A DNA stretch of 64,000 nucleotides from an uncultured Acidobacteriota bacterium (GTDB lineage: Bacteria > Acidobacteriota > Thermoanaerobaculia > UBA5066). Positions 58,385 through 64,000 of the stretch are shown one piece after another. Position numbers and translations under genes: made by a program. The stretch's first letter is position 1; the number at the start of each line of letters is the position of its first letter. Location of the stretch: the NCBI GenBank assembly GCA_963779415.1, contig CAVZYA010000001.1, forward strand, positions 1,952,001 to 2,016,000. Direction: 5' to 3'. Under the pieces are notes generated by a model. The model was not told the DNA's origin. It worked only from the letters and a program-made list of their open reading frames with translations, and did no database searches.

Positions 58385-59539
58385 TTACGGGATCGGCGGG
58401 AGGGGGCTCTCCTCGCGTCCGCCCGACAACCTCGTCTCGGGTCCGGCCGGCTCTCCCCGCGGGACGAGGACGACCGACGCCGCCATGACGACCGCCGTCA
58501 CGGCCGCGCCCGGCACGAGGCCGAGCTCTTCGCGCGCGGGGCGCGTCACGAGCGCGGTGAGCGGGAATCCGCAGTCGAGAACGACGCGGACGAGCGGTCC
58601 CTCCGCGAGGACGGCGGTGACGTGCCCCGGAAGGTGGTTGCGCTCGGTCCCGTGCGACGGGGGGACGCCACGCTCGAGGAGGACGTCCTCGGCACGGAGA
58701 CAGGCGAAGACCTCGCCCCGGACGCCGACGCGGTCGGCCGCGGCGAGACGCCGGTCGCCGATCGCGACCGTGACGACGCCGTCGCTCTCGGCGATGACGT
58801 GCCCCGGGAGGACGCTCTCGATTCCCGTGACGCGCGCCACGTCCACGTCCGAGGGGCGGCTGAAGACCTCGTCGACGGGACCGACCTGTCGGACCGAGCC
58901 GTCGAGAACGACGGCCACGCGGTCCCCGAGGAGAAGCGCCTCGGCCCGGTCGTGGGTCACGACGACGGACGGCACGTCGAGCGCGGCGAGGAACGCCCGA
59001 AGTCCGCTCCGGAGCGCCTCGCGCGCCGGGGTGTCGAGGGCCGAGAGCGGCTCGTCGAGGAGGAGGAGCCGCGGCCTCGGCGCGAGCGTGCGAGCGAGGG
59101 CGATCCGCTGTCTCTCTCCTCCCGACAGCTCAGACGGATAGCGTTCCGCGAGGGCCCTCATCCCGACGAGGGTGAGGACCTCGTCCGTCCGTCCGGTCCG
59201 CTCCTCGCGCGGAGAGTCCGAGAGGCCGTACGCGACGTTCTTCCGGACGGTCAGGTGCGGGAAGAGGGCATAGTCCTGGAAGAGGACGCCGACGCGCCGC
59301 TCCTGCGGCGGACAAAAGAGGCCCTTCCCCGCGTCGAACCATGTCTCCTCGCCGAAGCGGATCACCCCGGCATCGGGGCGGTCGAGGCCGGCGAGGCACC
59401 GGAGAATCGTCGTCTTTCCCGCGCCCGACGGTCCGAAGAGGACCGTCACGTCGGCGCGCGCCAGGGGAAGGACGAGATCGGCCCGGATGGAAGGCCCTCC
59501 TGGGTAGCGCCGCTCGAAACGGGCCGAGAGGTCGCTCAT
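58385..59539 (-). CDS. modC: Molybdate ABC transporter ATPase with TOBE domain
   Basis: GPSGAGKT, LSGGERQR, LLDEP, VTHD, C-terminal TOBE. Confidence 0.92.
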   Translation of the reverse strand: MSDLSARFERRYPGGPSIRADLVLPLARADVTVLFGPSGAGKTTILRCLAGLDRPDAGVIRFGEETWFDAGKGLFCPPQERRVGVLFQDYALFPHLTVRKNVAYGLSDSPREERTGRTDEVLTLVGMRALAERYPSELSGGERQRIALARTLAPRPRLLLLDEPLSALDTPAREALRSGLRAFLAALDVPSVVVTHDRAEALLLGDRVAVVLDGSVRQVGPVDEVFSRPSDVDVARVTGIESVLPGHVIAESDGVVTVAIGDRRLAAADRVGVRGEVFACLRAEDVLLERGVPPSHGTERNHLPGHVTAVLAEGPLVRVVLDCGFPLTALVTRPAREELGLVPGAAVTAVVMAASVVLVPRGEPAGPETRLSGGREESPLPPIP

Positions 59540-60216
59540 TCGGAAGGCCAGAGGGCTCCTGCCCGGCGCCTCAGGCCGTAGGTCACGGCGAGGACGACGA
59601 ACGAGAAGCCGAGAAGGAGAAGCGACGTCGCGCCGGCGCTGGCGTAGTCGAGCGCCTGAACGTCGTCGTAGATCGAGATCGAGGCCGTCCGCGTCACCCC
59701 CGGGAGATTCCCGCCCACCATCAGGACGACGCCGAACTCCCCCATCGTGTGGGCGAAGCTGAGAACGAGGCCCGTCACGATCCCCGGCAGCGACAGCGGG
59801 ATGATGACGCGACGGAAGGTCCCGAGCCTCGAGACGCCGAGGCTGAAGGAGGCCTCGAGGAGCCGGCGCGGAACGCGGGCGAAGGCCGCCGCGAAGGGCT
59901 GAACGGCGAAGGGAAGGCTGTAGAGAACCGACGCGACGAGGAGGCCGGCGAAGGTGAACGGCAGCCGGGAACCCGTGAGGCCCTCGACGAGACGGCCGAG
60001 CGGACTCCTCGGGCCCGTCGCGACGAGGAAGTAGAAGCCGAGGACCGTCGGCGGAAGGACGAGCGGCAGGGCGACGACCGCCTCGACGAGGAACTTCCAG
60101 CGGCGCGTCGAGAACGCCACCCAATAGGCGACGGGCAGGCCGACGAGGAGAAGCACGAGCGTCGTCGCCGCCGAGAGGCGCACCGAGAGGGCGACGGCCG
60201 TCCAGTCGAGGCTCAA
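59536..60216 (-). CDS. modB: Molybdate ABC transporter permease
   Basis: LPLVLPPTVLGFY, YSLPFAVQP, FAHTMGEFG. Confidence 0.93.
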   Translation of the reverse strand: MSLDWTAVALSVRLSAATTLVLLLVGLPVAYWVAFSTRRWKFLVEAVVALPLVLPPTVLGFYFLVATGPRSPLGRLVEGLTGSRLPFTFAGLLVASVLYSLPFAVQPFAAAFARVPRRLLEASFSLGVSRLGTFRRVIIPLSLPGIVTGLVLSFAHTMGEFGVVLMVGGNLPGVTRTASISIYDDVQALDYASAGATSLLLLGFSFVVLAVTYGLRRRAGALWPSE

Positions 60217-61013
60217 GGCGCCGGCGGGACGAACCCGAACCTCGCGAGAACGGCCCGCCCCTCGGGACCGATCAGGAATCCCCGGAAGGCCGAGGCGGCC
60301 GAAACCTCCTTCGACCCCTTCAGAACGACGCCGGCCTGGCGCATCGCCGGGTACGAGGAGATCGGAATCTCGACCCACCGTCCCTTCGCCGCCATTCCCG
60401 GAGCGAGGGCGAGCGAGATCGCCACGAGGCCGGCGTCGGCGGCGCCCGACTCGACGAACTGCGCCGCCTGCGCGACGTTCTCGCCGAAGACGAGCCTCTC
60501 CTTCACCGATTCGAAGAGGCCGAGCGACCGGAGCGCCGCCTCCGCCGCGCGGCCGTAGGGCGCGTGGCGGGGGTTCGCGATCGCGATCTTCTTCACCACC
60601 GGATCGGCGAGGGCGGAGGCGCCCAGCCCCTCGATGTCGATCATCGACTCCCGCCGGACCCAGACGACGAGGCGTCCGACCCCGTAGACGAATTCCGAGT
60701 CCGGATCGGCGAGGCCCGCCTTCACGAGCTTCGCCGGGTATTCCACGTCGGCCGAGAGAAAGAGATCGAACGGCGCTCCGTTCGAGATCTGCGCGAAGAA
60801 GTTCCCGGACGAGCCGAATGTCACCTTCACCTCGACATCAGGGCGGCTCTTCCGGAACTCCGGGAGGGCGGTCTCGAGGGCGAATTTCAGGTCCGCGGCC
60901 GCGGCGACGGAGATCTCGGCGGCGGCCGCCGTCCGCGCGCAGACGAGCGCCGCGGCGACGATGGCGCCCCCGTGCGCCCACGCCCCGCCCTTTCCACTCA
61001 CGCCCGCGTTCAA
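60213..61013 (-). CDS. modA: Molybdate-binding periplasmic protein
   Basis: VAAAADL, FGSSG, QISNGAPFD, ANPRHAPYG, GENVAQ. Confidence 0.93.
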   Translation of the reverse strand: MNAGVSGKGGAWAHGGAIVAAALVCARTAAAAEISVAAAADLKFALETALPEFRKSRPDVEVKVTFGSSGNFFAQISNGAPFDLFLSADVEYPAKLVKAGLADPDSEFVYGVGRLVVWVRRESMIDIEGLGASALADPVVKKIAIANPRHAPYGRAAEAALRSLGLFESVKERLVFGENVAQAAQFVESGAADAGLVAISLALAPGMAAKGRWVEIPISSYPAMRQAGVVLKGSKEVSAASAFRGFLIGPEGRAVLARFGFVPPAP

Positions 61014-61198
61014 TCCCTTTCTTCAAGTATAAGGGGCGGCGCGTCCTTCCCGCCGCCGCCCGGCCGATTGTCCATCTGGGCTCTTCTCCCCATTGATTCC
61101 GCCGCGCTTCGGCGCCTACGTTGTCTCCGGGCGGAAGGCCGCCTTCTCGAAACGCGTACGTCTTCTTACCGGAGGCCCCACCCCCGCAGGCGGTTGCC

Positions 61199-61573
61199 AT
61201 GATTCTCGGGATCGGGACCGACCTCTTGGACGTCTCGCGGATGGAGCAAGAGCTCCTGAAGGAGAGCGCCGGGCTCAAGGAAGAGGTCTTCACCCCCTCC
61301 GAGATCGCCTACTGCGACGGGAAGCGGTACCCCGCGCGCCATTTCGCCGCGCGCTTCGCGGCAAAGGAGGCTCTCGTCAAGGCGCTCCCCGCCCCGGGCG
61401 TCCTCCCCCTCCTCCGGGACGTCGAGGTGGAGAGGACGCAGACGGGCGCGCCACGTCTCATCCTTCACGGCGAGCTTCGGAATGCCGCCTGGCGGCTCGG
61501 CGTGAAGAAGATCCTCGTCTCCCTCTCCCACACCGGCGGTCTCGCCACGGCGAGCGTCGTCCTCGAGGGGTGA
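61199..61573 (+). CDS. acpS: Holo-ACP synthase (AcpS-type PPTase)
   Basis: GIGTD, FTPSE, AARFAAKEA, SLSHT. Confidence 0.93.
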   Translation: MILGIGTDLLDVSRMEQELLKESAGLKEEVFTPSEIAYCDGKRYPARHFAARFAAKEALVKALPAPGVLPLLRDVEVERTQTGAPRLILHGELRNAAWRLGVKKILVSLSHTGGLATASVVLEG

Positions 61574-61576
61574 GTC

Positions 61577-63310
61577 ATGTACGTTACGGAAGCTCTCGAA
61601 GAGACCCACCTCGCAAACATCGGCTCCTACGAGGAGCGGCTCCGGAACTTCGACTGGAAGATCGCCGAGCGCGAGATGGGTCTCGCTCCGGGCGATCCCG
61701 CCAATCTCGGATGGAACCTTTCGGACCGGATCTGCCGGCTGGGCCTCGGCCGCAAGCCGGCGCTCCTCTGGGAAGGCTCGGACGGGGCGGAGCGGACCTA
61801 CACCTTCGACGACCTCCGCTCTCTCTCGAACGCCGTCGCCTCGTTCTTCGGGCGCCTCGGGCTCCTCCCGGGCGAGCGCGTCTGTCTCTTCATGGACCGG
61901 GTGCCGGAGCTCTACATCGGGTTCGTCGGCCTCCTGAAGCTCGGGACCGTCGTCCAGCCGCTCTTCTCCGCCTTCGGGGAGGAGTCGCTCCTCACCCGCC
62001 TCGCCGACGCGGGGACCGCCGCGATCGTGACGCAGAGGAAGCACCTCCCGAAGATCCGGAGGATCCGCGAGAAGGTCCGCCACCTTCGCCACGTCGTCGT
62101 CGTCGACGCGGCCGGCCTCGCGCTCCGCGAGGGCGAAACGGCCTTCGACCTCGACGCGGAACCCCATCCTCCGGGGTTTCCGGTCTTTCCGGCCACCCAC
62201 GAGACGCCGTCGCTCCTCCACTACACCTCGGGGACGACCGGCCCGCCGAAGGGGGCGCAGCACGTCCACGGCTCGCTCCTTTCCCAGTACCTGACGACGA
62301 AGTGGGTCCTCGACCTGAAGGAGAAGGACGTCTACTGGTGCAATGCCGACCCGGGGTGGGTGACCGGGACCTCATACGGGATCATCGGCCCCTGGTCGAA
62401 CGGCACGACTCAGGCCGTCCTCGACTCGGGCTTCTCGGCGAGAGGCTGGTACGACTTCATCGCGAGGCGGCGGATCACCGTCTGGTACTCGGCGCCGACG
62501 GCCATCCGCCTCCTGATGCGCGAGGGGACCGCAGCCGCGAAGGCGCACGACCTCTCGTCCCTGCGCCACCTCGCGAGCGTCGGCGAGCCGCTGAACCCGG
62601 AAGCCGTCCACTGGTCCCGCGAGGCGTTCGGCCTTCCCTTCCACGACACCTACTGGCAGACGGAGACCGGCTGCATCGTCATTTCCAACTACCCCGGGAT
62701 GCCGATCAGGGCGGGATCGATGGGAAGGCCGTTTCCCGGCATCACGGCGACGATCCTCGACCCGAAGAGCTGCGTGCCGGTCGCTGAAACGGGGCGCGTC
62801 GGCCTGATCGGCCTCAAGCCCGGGTGGCCTTCGATGATCCGCGGCTACTGGCAGAACCCGGACGGCTACGCCCGGAAGTTCGGGAACGGCTGGTACCTGA
62901 CCGGCGACCGGGCGACGCGCGACGCCGACGGCTACTTCTGGTTCGTGGGCCGCGACGACGACGTCATCAACACGGGGGGACACCTCGTCGGGCCGTTCGA
63001 GGTCGAGTCGGCGCTCCTCGAGCATCCCGCCGTCGCCGAATCGGCCGCCGTCGCCAAGCCGGATCCCGTCAACATGGAGGTCGTCAAGGCTTTCGTCACG
63101 CTCAAGAAGGGCTTTGCGCCGGGCCCGGAGCTGGAGCTCGAGATCATGAACTTCGTCCGGAAACGGCTCTCCCCCATCGCCATGCCGCAGGAGATCGCCT
63201 TCGTCGAGACCCTCCCGCGGACCCGAAGCGGAAAGATCCTGCGCCGGGTTCTCCGCGCGCCGGAATGGGGCGAGCCGGTGGGCGACCTGTCGACCCTGAT
63301 GGAGGACTGA
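61577..63310 (+). CDS. acsA: Acetate--CoA ligase-like adenylating enzyme
   Basis: YTSGTTGPPKG, ADPGWVTG, VGEPLNP, DTYWQTETG, TGD, PRTRSGKI. Confidence 0.88.
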   Translation: MYVTEALEETHLANIGSYEERLRNFDWKIAEREMGLAPGDPANLGWNLSDRICRLGLGRKPALLWEGSDGAERTYTFDDLRSLSNAVASFFGRLGLLPGERVCLFMDRVPELYIGFVGLLKLGTVVQPLFSAFGEESLLTRLADAGTAAIVTQRKHLPKIRRIREKVRHLRHVVVVDAAGLALREGETAFDLDAEPHPPGFPVFPATHETPSLLHYTSGTTGPPKGAQHVHGSLLSQYLTTKWVLDLKEKDVYWCNADPGWVTGTSYGIIGPWSNGTTQAVLDSGFSARGWYDFIARRRITVWYSAPTAIRLLMREGTAAAKAHDLSSLRHLASVGEPLNPEAVHWSREAFGLPFHDTYWQTETGCIVISNYPGMPIRAGSMGRPFPGITATILDPKSCVPVAETGRVGLIGLKPGWPSMIRGYWQNPDGYARKFGNGWYLTGDRATRDADGYFWFVGRDDDVINTGGHLVGPFEVESALLEHPAVAESAAVAKPDPVNMEVVKAFVTLKKGFAPGPELELEIMNFVRKRLSPIAMPQEIAFVETLPRTRSGKILRRVLRAPEWGEPVGDLSTLMED

Positions 63311-63312
63311 AG

Positions 63313-63576
63313 ATGGACGACCTGAGGAAAACGATCCTCGACTACGTTCGCCGCGAGTACATCGAGGAGGGGGACGACCGGCCGCTCGACTTCAAGACGC
63401 CGCTCATCACGGGAGGGATCGTCGACTCCTTCTCGATGGTCTCCCTCAAGCGCTTCCTCGAGACGAAATACGCCATCCGGATCCCGGACGCCGACGCGAG
63501 CCCCGAGGCATTCGACTCCGTCGAGAAGATCGCGAAGCTCGTCGAACGCTTCGCAGTCATGACGGCGAAGGCCTGA
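63313..63576 (+). CDS. Stand-alone acyl carrier protein (DltC-like signature)
   Basis: 87 aa acidic protein; PLITGGIVDSFSM with phosphopantetheinylation Ser; FDSVEKI. Confidence 0.88.
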   Translation: MDDLRKTILDYVRREYIEEGDDRPLDFKTPLITGGIVDSFSMVSLKRFLETKYAIRIPDADASPEAFDSVEKIAKLVERFAVMTAKA

Positions 63577-63578
63577 CC

Positions 63579-64000
63579 ATGAGCGAAAGCCTCACCCTCT
63601 CCGTCCGCGACGTCCTCCGCGCCGAGCTGGCCCTCCTCCGGGAGTCGGGGCTCTACAAGGAGGAGCGGGTCATCCACGCCCCGCAGGGGGCCGACATCGA
63701 GGTGGAGTTCCCGGCGGGGGCCGCCCCCCGGAAGGTCCTGAACCTCTGCGCGAACAACTACCTCGGCCTCTCGTCCCATCCGCAGGTCCTCGCGGCGGCG
63801 CACGCCGGCCTCGACCGTCGCGGGTACGGGATGTCGTCGGTCCGGTTCATCTGCGGGACGCAGGACATTCACCGCGAGCTGGAGAAGCGCCTCTCGGAGT
63901 TCCTCGGGACCGAGGAGACGATCCTCTTCTCCTCCTGCCTCGACGCCAACGCGGCGATCTTCGAGGCGATCCTCTCCGACAAGGACGTGATGATCGCCGA
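63579..64000 (+). CDS. kbl: Glycine C-acetyltransferase-like PLP enzyme, copy 2 (runs off window; not in ORF track)
   Basis: Own translation: MSESLTLSVRD...GLYKEER...LCANNYLGLSSHP...GMSSVRFICGTQDIHRELE...SCLDANA. Confidence 0.88.
   Translation, partial: MSESLTLSVRDVLRAELALLRESGLYKEERVIHAPQGADIEVEFPAGAAPRKVLNLCANNYLGLSSHPQVLAAAHAGLDRRGYGMSSVRFICGTQDIHRELEKRLSEFLGTEETILFSSCLDANAAIFEAILSDKDVMIA

Noticed and set aside
61014-61198. Moco riboswitch or ModE box upstream of modA
   Set aside because: No recognisable consensus; only a TATACT -10-like hexamer on the minus strand.

Overview
High-GC bacterial chromosomal segment. The gene set (MglAB, Tat asparaginase, TrpB2, GH57, PlpD-like patatin) fits an Acidobacteriota/Myxococcota-like organism, but this is inference only. 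It is mostly densely packed housekeeping and envelope genes: moaD/moaE, kbl, nadA, dnaX-recR-mglBA, SRP RNA, trpB2, galT, two tRNA-Ser, tadA and modABC. Three accessory blocks interrupt them: an arsenic-resistance/thiol-redox cluster (~16.2-22.8 kb), a lower-GC defence block with McrBC, YefM-YoeB and antitoxin remnants (~35.7-39.95 kb), and a decayed lower-GC islet between the two tRNA-Ser genes (~54.2-56.4 kb). The most interesting candidates are an acpS-acetate ligase-carrier protein-second kbl operon at the right edge (possible carrier-protein-tethered acetyl/glycine condensation), a SprT metalloprotease with an N-terminal beta-clamp motif (QLELF), an McrB with a divergent recognition domain, and several structured non-coding elements. 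Several genes carry frameshifts that are most likely assembly indel errors. All calls come from motif recognition by eye; no searches were run.
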